A DNA stretch of 64,000 bases from Bugula neritina (taxonomy: Eukaryota; Animalia; Bryozoa): NCBI GenBank assembly GCA_964035545.1, contig OZ037767.1:17047781-17111780 (forward strand), given 5' to 3'. The position numbers and the translations under genes are program-made. The stretch's first letter is position 1; every line of letters begins with the position of its first letter. Below are positions 53,201 through 64,000 of this stretch, in pieces. The notes under the pieces were generated by a model. It was given only the letters and a program-made list of their open reading frames with translations, did not search any database and had not been told where the DNA came from.

Positions 53201-56200
53201 ATAAAGAAAAATCTAAATTAAAAAATTTTCTAATTTTTCAAATGAGGATTAAATGTAGTCAGGAAAACTGAAGATTATAACTCAAGTGCACATTGTCTGA
53301 GTTGCCTTCTCTTTATTACATAATATTATTCTATTCTAATATTCTAGAGTAGAGAGTGAATAGTGAGAGTAGAGAGTGAATAGTGAGAGTAGAGAGTGAA
53401 TAGTGAGAGTAGAGAGTGAATAGTGAGAGTAGAGAGTGAATAGTGAGAGTAGAGAGTGAATAGTGAGAGTAGAGAGTGAATAGTGAGAGTAGAGAGTGAA
53501 TAGTGAGAGTAGAGAGTGAATAGTGAGAGTAGAGAGTGAATAGTGAGAGTAGAGAGTGAATAGTGAAACTCACCAAACATAAAAGTGTCGAGTCGTCGCC
53601 AAGTAATACCGAGTCGGACAGAGTCGATACTGGAGGTGTTGGTGTTGTAGAATACCGAGCCGTCCGACAGCAGTATCCATATCGAGAGAGAGCATGCTGC
53701 CAAATGAATGACTTTGCAGTCATCACTGTGTTGGATACAGAAAAAATAGTATACTTGTAATAAGTTTAAAGTCACTGTACACAGGTTTAGTATAGAAATA
53801 TTACGTAAACTTCTGCAATGATGTCAAGCTGGTATGCGGTTAATAGTTAGAATACTAATAGTCAGTCAACAGTTAGAATACTAATACTCAGTCAATAGTT
53901 AGAATACTAATACTCAGTCAATAGTTAGAATACTAATACTCAGTCAATAGTTAGAATACTAATACTCAGTCAATAGTTAGAATACTAATACTCAGTCAAC
54001 AGTTAGAATACTAATACTCAGTCAATAGTTAGAATACTAATACTCAGTCAATAGTTAGAATACTAATACTCAGTCAATAGTTAGAATACTAATACTCAGT
54101 CAATAGTTAGAATACTAATACTCAGTTAGAATACTAATACTCAGTCAGTAGTTAGAATACTAATACTCAGTCAATAGTTAAAATACTAATACTCAGTTAA
54201 TAGCTGGAGAGACAAGGTTACGGCTTACACCAAAGTATCTCACCTCACATCAGTGGGGAAGTTCACCCCCAACGCTACGCCCCTTCTGGTGTCGATGTAG
54301 AAAAGCTCTCCACTCTCATACAGAGCAAACACGCTGCCTTCGTCTACCGAACAGATGTCCTTCCATTTAGCTGTGGAGATGAACGCCGACAGGGATAGGG
54401 GCTCCCAACAGTACCCTGCCCATGTTTACAGAGACAGGAAAGTTAGAATCACAGGCTATCAGCACCGAGTCAAGTAGTCAACAGGAAACAGTAAATAGAA
54501 CCAGTTGCAGAAATGAATGAAGGGTCAAGAATAGAAGAAATCTAAACACACTTTGGCATTTTGGAAATTCAACTTGCGTTTGCTGTGAATATTGAAAAAC
54601 AGCAGTGAAAATATCTCATTTGTCTGAAATGATTTAAACCATCTCTAGATATATTACTTTTTTAAAAATAAATTCAGCCAAAATTATTCTATTTTTAACC
54701 CAGAGCAAATAGAGGTGAACAGCATCAGTATAGAATTAATTAAACTACATCAAACAACAGCTCAAAACACAACATGTTGACAATGTTTTATTCTGTAAAA
54801 TGGAGCTGTTAGCATTTAAAATGCTTTAATATGAATTACATAATTATCCCCAGTGCAATTTACACCTCAAATAGATTGGAGTTTTTAGTTCAAGGGAGAT
54901 AATTCTAAAAGCAATAGAAACAATTTTCTTTTAGGGCCAGCAATGTTTAGTTTCAGTGCACAGGCTGTGTGTAGTGGTGACTTTGCTTTAAGTGTTTCTA
55001 GACTTGAACAGAAACTACATTCAGCCTCTTTCCACAGAGAGCTGGAGGTAGTATTTATGGTGTATGAATACATGCCAGGAAACGCTTCAAGTATTAGTGC
55101 ACGTGTACCGATAGCGTGAGTTGAGCAGATTTCCACTTCCTGGTTAGACTGAGAGCACACAATAGCCACAAGGTCTTCAGACACAGCTATAAGTTGGTGA
55201 GGGTGAGCGCTAGCAACTGGCCACTTTCCCCGACTTGAGTTGAGGCTGTAGTTTGATGAAGGGTGTCTCTCGTAGTTCACCTGAAGTTACCATAGGAGTA
55301 GTAACTATAGCAGCAATAGGGGTAGGATGTATACTAGTAGTAGGGGTAGCATGTATACTAGTAGTAGGGGTAGCATGTATACTAGTAGTAGGGGTAGCAT
55401 GTATACTAGTAGTAGGGGTAGTAACTATGCTAGTAGTAGGAGTAGCATGTATACTACTAGTAGGGGTAGCATGTATACTAGTAGTAGGGGTAGCATGTAT
55501 ACTAGTAGTAGGGGTAGCATGTATACTAGTAGTAGGGGTAGCATGTATACTAGTAGTAGGGGTAGCATGTATACTAGTAGTAGGGGTAGCATGTATACTA
55601 GTAGTAGGGGTAGCATGTATACTAGTAGTAGGGGTAGCATGTATACTAGTAGTAGGGGTAGTAACTATGCTAGCAGACTTGGCACAGACCTGCCATATCT
55701 TATGAGAAGAGACTCCAGAACTGCCAACCACCACGTCTGTGATGCACCAGACGATGTCACTCCTGTCTATCACCCAGCAGACGCTGCCGTCTGCACCAAC
55801 GCTGATGTCGGAGATGTTGTTTGCTTCACCAATTTGCTGCCAGTTATCTGAAAGAGTCAGCACGACTTCAGAAATACAGAGAAGTATTGGAGCTGCCGCT
55901 AGTGTCAGCACGTATGTTGGAGCTGAAATTGTATCCATCTGTTGGCAGCTCATATCAACCATGACTGCAGCAGCACTTTAAAAGGTCAAGGATTAAAGAA
56001 CTATTGGCAGAATCTAAATTCTTTCCCACATGGGAGACATAACTCCCAAACTCTCACCACAAACACGGAGCTGCACCTTATACAATACCATGTAGTTGTT
56101 TATACTGCAACGGCTACTGCAATGTATACACACCTTTAGGAGAGCTAGCCTCAGCTACATGGTAGAATATCTCCCCGCTCTTAGAGAGGGCCCACGTAGC

Positions 56201-59200
56201 ACCCGCTCTGCTGCAGATCTTCACGAAGGAGTGTCTGCAGCTTACTTGAACTCCGTGTTTGATTGGTCGATCTTTGGAGAGGTTTGACTGGTACCAGACT
56301 TCGTCATTAGTCTTTATATACCTGCAAGTAATACGGTATTAAAGTAATATATATTACAGTAATATATATTATAATATTGAGTAATACGGTATTACAGTAA
56401 TATATATTGCAATAATATATTACAGTAATATATATTACACTAGGTGTATTTACCAGGCACAGTTCTCATCTACAGCGACAGAGACGACTCCCTCAGCAGC
56501 CTTAGTCCACTTCATATTCGAGGGAGTATATGGGGGGTGTCTGTGGCTGCCCGCATAGGCTGTGCCTTTCTCTACTCTCCATGCTAGGGCACCTGTCACA
56601 GAGTGTCAAACTACTGATAGTACTACGTGATAGTATACACACAGTAATACGTGATAGTAGTACTGTGTGGTAGTAGTACTGTGTGGTAGTAGTACTGTGT
56701 GGTAGTAGTACTGTGTGGTAGTAATACTGTGTGGTAGTAGTACTGTGTGGTAGTAGTACTACGTGATAGTAGTACTGTGTGGTAGTAGTACTGTGTGGTA
56801 GTAGTACTGTGTGGTAGTAGTACTGTGTGGTAGTAATACTGTGTGGTAGTAGTACTGTGTGGTAGTAGTACTACGTGATAGTAGTACTGTGTGGTAGTAG
56901 TACTATTAGTATACTCCATTGATCTCTAGAGTCAACTTACCAGACGGAGCAACAGAGAGGCATTGAGCTCTAAAGTTTGACTTCTTCCACTCCAAGCTGT
57001 AGCCCGAGGACTTAGCGGCCCAGACAGTAGAGTTCCTGTCGGTCACCCAGATGTGTTGCTTAGTGAGGACAATACTGGTGGGTCTAGAGGTCTTTGAATT
57101 CCACGTCTTCCATTTCTCTCTAGCCTGAATAAAATGCTCCACTAGTTATGTTGAATCGGAGGCACATTTGGGAGTTAACTTCTCCCTGAAGGTGAATGCG
57201 TTAATTTATCAAAATGTTAGTGTTAAAGTTTTATAGTTTGTTTATACTGCTTGGCAATTCCATTTGATAGACTGCAAAGTGCCGAGGCCAAAAAGGAAGT
57301 GATGAGCTCACACAGGAAGTGCCGAGCCCGCACAGGAAGTAATGAGCCTACACAGGAAGTGCCAAGCCTACACAGGAAGTGAGATACTCACAAGGAGAGA
57401 GGTGAAAGACAGAGTTGTAGCGAGTGCACTATCCTTAGCCTCAGGCTCTCTAAGTGAGGCCTTGAGAGGGGGCATCTGAGTGACCAGAGCGTCACGCTTG
57501 TATATGTCCTGAAAGTAAGAAACCCATTCTGTGTGTAGCTGAGCTTGACATACATGGTGTATATAATATAGTCAACCCATACTAGAGAGAAGACAACTAC
57601 GTAAGCAATATCTCATTTACTTTGCAAAGTTAAACCTTTGCTCTAGCCTGTCTGGTTCAGCTGTCTTTAATAAAATACATTTCATTATGAAGAAGTGATT
57701 GTGGCATATACTGCACTGTTCAGTGTTGATGAGCAGACAAATCTAGAAACAGATTGCGTTACACACATAGTGTTTATATTATATATAGTATATATAACTT
57801 ATATGATGTAATGTAGGTAATATAATGAGTTTACCTCTTCATCAGAGTCTGACAACTCCTCGCAGACTGAGTTATTCACTGGTCTGCTGGCTACAAATAT
57901 AATATAATAATATGATATAATGTAATATAATATAGTATAATAGTATGATATAATGTAATACAATATAATATCATGCACTATATTTATTTCAATTTAAAAC
58001 TGTATTAAATCCATTTGTTACATAGAAATTCAAACAAGACAGTGATATGCTAAGATGTCCCAAGTTTCAACTCTAACCTTTCACCTCGGCCACACCCTTC
58101 TTCTCTGATGCAACTTGTACTCCCGCAGCATTCTTCTCGGCGCACATTTCCCTCAGCAAGTCGAGAGAGGACTTCCTGTCCGTCTGAGCAGCAGACAACA
58201 AAACATTCAGCCTCTTCAGCAGATCATTCTCCGGCGCATCTGATTGGCTGGTCGAGAGATTGTCAGGTTCTGATTGGCTGGACAACTGGTCATCATTGGC
58301 GCAGGAATTATATGATTGGTCGAGGTTTGCAAGAGGCTCCTGTGATTGGTCAGTCAACAGCAAGCTGTCATTTGATTGGCTAGTCTGAGATGTGCTACTT
58401 TCACTGTGCTGGTCAGCATTACAGTCATCAATAGCTGGTTGAATAATGCTGGAAGGTTCTTCGAGGTCTTCCGAACTATGAGTCAATATTCCATCCTCAA
58501 CAATTTGGTCAGACAACTCCTTGTCACTTTCTGATGAAACTTCCTGACTTTCAGATAACTTGGGTTTAGAAACTGGTTCTGTACTCGTCTCTGTATTAGC
58601 TAGTAACACAACATTCTGATGTCAACAGCAACATTATTATGGAATAAACTCGTTTGAAAATTATATGTCTCAGCTATATAATAAACTTGATACAAAATAT
58701 ATTCACAATAACCATTTTGGCTAACAGCTTGTAGATTTAATCGCACATCAAAGACATCCATGAAACGTGAAAACTAACAGTCACACTGAAGCAACAATCA
58801 ATGAGTAAAAGCCTTAGAACTCACCACCATCTTCCTTTTTATTAGGGGCGAGTCTGATGACCAGACAGTCTTCAGCAGGAGAGTAAGGTTCTGAGGCTAA
58901 CTCAGCGTTGAGCAGAGTTGGTGGTGGTTTGACTGGACCATCCACTTGGTCTGCCTCAGAAGGTGTCTCGCAGTCAGAAGAGTGTCTTTCAGCTTCAGGG
59001 AATGACTGAGACTTCCTAAACAGACAACACATACTAGACCTGACACTAGTATGTCTCTATTCTACAGTATATTCAGTCACACGATACTAGTCTGCGTGAT
59101 TCTATTACTAGTTCTCCATAAAGTATCAGTTGAAACACAATATATTGAAAAATTCAGGTTGCTCATCTGACAGCATATCAATCTGACCGGTTCAGTTTGA

Positions 59201-62200
59201 TCGTGTGATTACATATACAAGAGGTCAAAAGAAAAATTACCAGCTGACAGGTTACAGCCAATCATATGCTATCTTACGGCAGCAACCTGATACGACTCAC
59301 AGACCGTCTCATTCACTTACGTCGAAGGGACAGCATTCTGTATTTTTGTGAAGAAGTTTCCAAACCCCATTTTGACTGACTGACCAACCTGTTTGATGCC
59401 GTCTCCTGACGAGGTCAGCTGCAACAGGAAGTCATCAGACAGAGTCAGCATAGAGAAACAGTCAGCATCGAGAGAGAGTAGTATGAAATAAACCTGCTTT
59501 ATAAAACACCCAATACCCAAGTTGACTGTCACAAATGCATCTGATACCTAGAGCATGAGTTGCAAATATATGACACCTTGTGACACATATTGTATACATG
59601 TGTCACAAGGTATCATAAACCTACCTTTTGCTTTACCATGGTCAGCCGGCCCTGAAACTGTTTAAACTTGCCATCATTGGAGTCTTCTACTGCATCCTGT
59701 CAAATACCAAGACACTTAGAGCACTGTATACACGTGTCATATTCACTTAGAGCACTGCATACACGTGTCATACTCACTTAGAGCACTGTATACACGTGTC
59801 ATATTCACTCAGAGCACTATACACATGTCATACTCACTTAGAGCACTGTATACATGTGTTATACTCACTTAGAGCACTGTATACATGTGTCATACTCACT
59901 TAGAGCACTGCATACACATGTCATATTCACTCAGAGCACTGTATACATGTGTCATATTCACTCAGAGCACTGTATACACGTGTCATATTCACTCAGAGCA
60001 CTGTATACACGTGTCATACTCACTTAGAGCACTGTATACACGTGTCATACTCACTTAGAGCACTGTATACACACGTTTCATACTCACTCAGAACACTGTA
60101 TACACATGTCATGTATAAAACACTATATATAAGTTTAATTTAAGAGTTATATTATTGAAGTTGAAAAGCAGGCACAGACGATCAAGTTTTCTGTATAGCT
60201 TAAAAACTTTTACTTTAAAAAATATACAAAGCAAAGTAATTGAATGGATATTTTTTCAAAAAAAGCTTCACATTCAAAACTAAAAACCGGGTTACCATTT
60301 CTGTTAATGCACTTTTATTGTCTGTAGAGGTTTGTTCATCAGATAGACTAAGTTCTAAGAGATCAGCTGCTTCCACGATAGGGGGCAGGTCCACATCTCC
60401 ATCATTCTACACAGGGAGTAGTATTGTAAGATTAAGTCTTTTCACAGTAATAAATTGAAAGTGAATGGTTAGTATAGGGAAGTAACTGACTGCCACATTG
60501 CAATTCTCCAAGCATCTTCTATACATGTTTAAATCATTACTTCAAGTATGATATACAAATAATTTAATTGCCAACTTGATTTTTCTTCACTACTCAGGTA
60601 GGAGACTAGAGTCTCCCAGTCTTGAGAAAACTTGAGATATACAGAATCTACTTAGCACACCAAATTCTATACTCAAGGAAAAGGTTCCCTTATGAATACA
60701 TTATGCAAGACCAAATAATGTCTAAATGATATATTATATGTTTGTACAAGTCAATAGACCTGAAGTATTCATATGACAGACGATTGCCCGTTCTCATGGC
60801 TACTTAACTCCTTCACATCTATGTACCAGTATGACACACCCCTTCACATGTACCAGTATGACACACCCCCTTCACATGTACCAGTATGACACACCCCCTC
60901 CACATGTACCAGTATGACACACCCCTTCACATGTACCAATATGACACACCCCCTTCACATGTACCAGTATGACACACCCCCTTCACATATACCAGTATGA
61001 CACACCCCCCCTCACATGTACCAGTAAGCCACACCCCTTCACACCCATGTACCAGTATGACACACCCCCTTCATATGTAGCAGTATGACACACACCCCTC
61101 ATATGTAGCAGTATGACACACCCCTTCACATGTACCAATAAGACACACCCCTTCACATGTACCAGTATGACACACCCCTCTACATCCATGTACCAGTATG
61201 ACACACCCTCTTTACATCCATGTACCAGTATGACACACCCTCTTTACATCCATGTACTAGTATGTGGTGCTACTGTAGAAAAACTTGATAATAATTTTGC
61301 ACTATTTGTGACTCATACCTGTTGAGTGGTGGCAGAAGACTCGAGAGTAGTAGTAGAGGTAGAAGTAGTAGTGGAGGTAGAAGTAGTAGTAGAGGTTGGA
61401 ACTGCAGAGCTTTCAGCTGGTGCAGAAAGATTATTTTCAAAGCCTTCTGCTGATTTGGAATCATCAGCTACAAGAGTAACACAACTTCCCTTCACTCTGA
61501 TTACATATTAAAGTCAATCATATATGATAATACTGACTTGTTTCAGTTTGCTGCTCGAGATTTTTGGGAAATTTTGAACTAAGATTTAGTTCCAAGGTAA
61601 CAAATACAATAACTAACAAAAAAAATAACTGTACAACTGGCTAACTGTATAACTAATAACTGTATAACTAATAACTGTATAACTAATAACTGTATAACTA
61701 ATAACTGTATAACTAATAACTGTATAACTAATAACTGTATAACTAATAACTGTATAACTAATAACTGTATAACTAATAACTGTATAACTAATAACTGTAA
61801 AACCTGGGAGGTCACACCTTGCAATATAAAGCTCAACTAGAATAACTAAAACCATGGAACTTGAAGACAAAATTAATTCTCAATTTTTATAGAAGTTTAA
61901 ATTTAAAATGTGAAAACAGGCAAAGTGAAACCGAAAGATGGTGTTGGTGCTAGTAATTTGGAATTTATAAATTGTTACAAAAATAAACAATTAAACTCGT
62001 ATTTGAAAATTTCTTCTTTCAAATGTTTAAAACATGTCCAGAGTGTGATAGAAAATGAATATAGAAGCCTCAGAACAAAATAACTGGAGCTTTCACTTGT
62101 ATGACTATAATCTGCTTACACTGTCTGGCATGAAGGCATGTAGAGTCCGGTTTCATAGAGAGTCTGTGAAGTCTGCGGGTGGTCCCCTCACCCCCGAGTA

Positions 62201-62250
62201 TAAAGATGTCACCAGAACAGCAGGCTACGTCTATTATGGGTAGTGTTAAT
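35247..62250 (-). CDS. TECPR2: Tectonin beta-propeller repeat-containing protein 2 (autophagy adaptor); 5' WD40 exons not found in window
   Basis: 20 phase-compatible exons: 62250-62120, 61467-61319, 60406-60296, 59696-59625 (or 59637), 59418-59321, 59015-58825, 58599-58078, 57890-57835, 57508-57392, 57124-56941, 56592-56454, 56321-56134, 55847-55690, 55280-55109, 54415-54244, 53725-53574, 53016-52868, 51461-51320, 35819-35670, 35389-35247. End of WD40 region (IDVACCSGDIFILGG), acidic Ser-rich linker, TECPR repeats (VWAVDSKANIYARQGIT..IGTSW; GDYWKKIP), C-terminal LIR-type DGDWELL*. Confidence 0.85.
42562..42830 (+). promoter_or_regulatory. TATA-box core promoter of the nested gene
   Basis: TATATAAG at 42798-42805, ~280 nt upstream of the ATG; CACCC/GT boxes gccacaccc (~42563) and gggtgtggc (~42769). 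Confidence 0.55.
43080..46838 (+). CDS. Secreted protein with a chitin-binding type-2 (peritrophin-A)-like Cys domain and a Ser/Thr/Pro mucin-like tail (~308 aa), nested in the TECPR2 intron
   Basis: Exons 43080-43196, 45205-45357, 46045-46278, 46416-46838, all phase 0 (927 nt). Signal peptide LLSRILIILIYFLLNGEVAES; LLCPEE..YFIADDVNSCIYWRC..RMRCAPG..NPC..C; tail ATPILPT..PPTTTVQPTTKPP. An in-frame upstream ATG exists at 43020. Domain assignment is by motif resemblance only. Confidence 0.7.
50438..50618. mobile_element. ~180-bp foldback MITE (Kolobok-like TTAA|AG..CT ends)
   Basis: ~70-bp imperfect inverted arms: accttaaagaatctctgac..atgcagtattaaa..ttcatatata.cttagcta vs the revcomp of 50549-50618. 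Confidence 0.7.
50998..51075. repeat. 16-bp repeat (gcacgagtgaggtatg)
   Basis: About 4.5 copies, ~250 nt into the large TECPR2 intron. Confidence 0.8.
52402..52638. repeat. 49-bp minisatellite
   Basis: atgggttactgacacctcacagcaagtgtttgatgtcaggtgaccttga x~4.8. Confidence 0.9.
53345..53566. repeat. 20-bp perfect minisatellite abutting a TECPR2 donor
   Basis: agagagtgaatagtgagagt x11. Confidence 0.95.
53841..54203. repeat. 26-bp minisatellite
   Basis: aatagttagaatactaatactcagtc x~14. Confidence 0.93.
55293..55674. repeat. 21-bp intronic minisatellite
   Basis: gtagcatgtatactagtagtaggg-type unit, ~16 copies filling the intron 55281-55689. Confidence 0.9.
56616..56905. repeat. 16-bp minisatellite (gtagtactgtgtggta)
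   Basis: About 16 copies filling a TECPR2 intron. Confidence 0.92.
57278..57392. repeat. 20-bp repeat with AGGAAGT in each unit
   Basis: Five copies spaced 20 nt apart, running into the GTGAGT donor at 57391. Confidence 0.8.
59712..60112. repeat. 31-bp minisatellite
   Basis: cacttagagcactgtatacacgtgtcatatt x~13, beginning ~15 nt from an acceptor. Confidence 0.93.
60810..61263. repeat. ~27-31-bp minisatellite (catgtaccagtatgacacaccccttca)
   Basis: About 15 variable copies. Confidence 0.9.
61627..61800. repeat. 15-bp minisatellite (taactgtataactaa)
   Basis: About 11 copies. Confidence 0.92.
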
Positions 62251-64000
62251 CTGAAAGACAGAGCAAGTCTATAAAACATAGCCAAGGGAGATGATTGCCA
62301 AACATACACTTATGTGAATTCTGGGAACGAAAGTTCAAAGTTGAACTTTTCATTTCAAATGTCTCGTAGAATGTGACAGAGGAGATAACCTCTGAACCCA
62401 CAGGCTGTGTTTTCCTGCTCCATGCTATAGTCTCTTGGTAAAATGTAAACCTCTACCTTGAAAAATGACATATTAACTAAACTTAGATATTTAATACCAA
62501 CTTGCATATGCCGAGTAGTTGAGAGTTATCGTCCCTTGATATGTCCACAATTAGAATACTTTTGTCATTCCAAGAGACAAGTGTTGAGTCATTCACAGAT
62601 TTAATTATACCAAACTGTGGTATAAAGCCAGCCGCATTCTAACAAATATAATAGCATAGAATATGATATATTACAGCCAATAAAAACAGGGCAGACAACT
62701 ACCAGACTGAGTGAACAAATGTGTGTGTTTCGGAAGTTAGGATTAGAAAGAAATGTCTAGATATTAATCACTAAACTGTGGTTTGTCAGAAAAATCACTA
62801 TGGCAAACTAAGAGACAAGAGAGAGAAGAATGCCGGGGAGAGAAAGGGGAAAGAAAGGTGAGAAAAGGAGAAAGGGAAGAAGCAAGGGAGAAAGGATGAA
62901 GAAATAACGAAAATCCCCCTGGCAGTGTTAAAGGCCGTAAGCTTCCAGGTTATTTATTACATTTGAGCAAAAGTTTGCATGCTTTTCAACTGTTTTATCA
63001 GCATTTTATCCAATTTCTTATACGAAAACACTACAAAAATACAAGTAAAAGTGGTCATATTAGGTGTCTTAGACTTGCCCAGACTTGCCCGCGAGCTTGC
63101 CCTCCGTGTCCTATTCTGACGTGGGGATGGCAAAATAGCCCTATTGTAGCGTGAGTTTATATCGCGTAAAGTTATTAAGAAGCGGGTTTGTCACAGATTC
63201 TCGTTATTCGTAGCTCAAATCATATGAATGTTACTCTTCGGGCGGCTACTAATAACTAACGTTAGCTACGCAACATCAAGAAAGGTAACTAATTTGACTG
63301 TTTTCTAATGGACTATTCCATTTCGCTAGTTTGTAACTTGCTGTAAATCACAAAATAATTATTTTTCCTATTTTAATTTCAATTATCATGTCGACCACAC
63401 TACCAGAAAATTACTCTTAAATATGCAGTTAATGATGATTTTCAACCGTTTTGTGATGAACTATAGGTTAATAGTTGTCTACGTAAAACCAAGTTTTAAA
63501 ATTTGTAATTGAATCAGTGAATCACAGTATGAGTATCACTATGAGTATGACTATCAGTATGAGTATCACTAGTCTATGTCTATGACTCTCACTCTAAGTC
63601 TATGACTATCGCCTATTAATATTGGTGAACTATTATTAATAACATTCAATGGTTATATTTATTAATACCATTATTAGTCATAATGATAATCATATAACAG
63701 TATCACTATCAGTATGTTAATGTTACGGAGCAGGATCAGTTTCGAAACTAATAGTAATAAAGTAATAGTAATACTTGTAATATTAGTTATAACTATAAGT
63801 ATAAGTTATACCGATAGCTATATTAACATAAATATTTATATTCATAGTAATACTAATAGCAAATCTAATATTATTATGTTAATAGTAATACTTGTAAGTT
63901 ATAATATAAAGCAAACGACACAAGTATTAATTTGAACTGTTGGTCTTAAAATAAAAAGTAAAATAAATATAAATAATAAAATATAAATTATAATAATTTA

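Noticed and set aside
11269-53566. Transcription-strand bias of AGAGTA-type satellites
   Set aside because: The purine-rich strand is sense in some introns (11269, 32730) and antisense in others (15217, 27120, 53345); no consistent orientation.
55210-55962. 250-aa ORF with (ATPTTSIH)n mucin-like repeats
   Set aside because: The repeat lies between a CAG|GT donor (55690) and a ttcag acceptor (55280); splicing it out continues TECPR2 in another frame, whereas retention soon hits a stop.
25110-60112. CRISPR-like appearance of 27-49-bp repeats
   Set aside because: Units are contiguous with no unique spacers, there are no cas genes, and the context is eukaryotic introns.
1-64000. tRNA, rRNA or snoRNA genes; species assignment
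   Set aside because: None recognisable by eye; covariance-model and database searches would be needed.

Overview
AT-rich, intron-rich metazoan (probably invertebrate) genomic DNA; nothing prokaryotic. Six spliced protein-coding genes were assembled by hand from GT-AG junctions and reading phase: (1) the 5' part of a signal-peptide Ig-domain gene (-, runs off the left edge); (2) mitochondrial ABC half-transporter ABCB10 (+); (3) adenylosuccinate synthetase ADSS (-); (4) PPP1R21 (+), head-to-head with ADSS; (5) TECPR2 (-), whose last two exons, including the C-terminal LIR-type DWELL motif, lie beyond a ~15.5-kb intron, with its 5' end not found; (6) a secreted chitin-binding (peritrophin-like)/mucin gene (+) nested antisense in that intron. 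Mobile DNA comprises a decayed Academ-type transposon (TAG..CTA ends, 3-bp TSD, XPG and Cys8 remnants) and several MITE-like elements. The most striking pattern is about 30 mostly unrelated minisatellites packed against the exon borders of the four housekeeping genes. Many units copy the splice donor, acceptor or stop codon itself, at every stage from 2 to ~20 copies. The two tissue-type genes lack such arrays. Most long ORFs in the supplied track are repeat artefacts.
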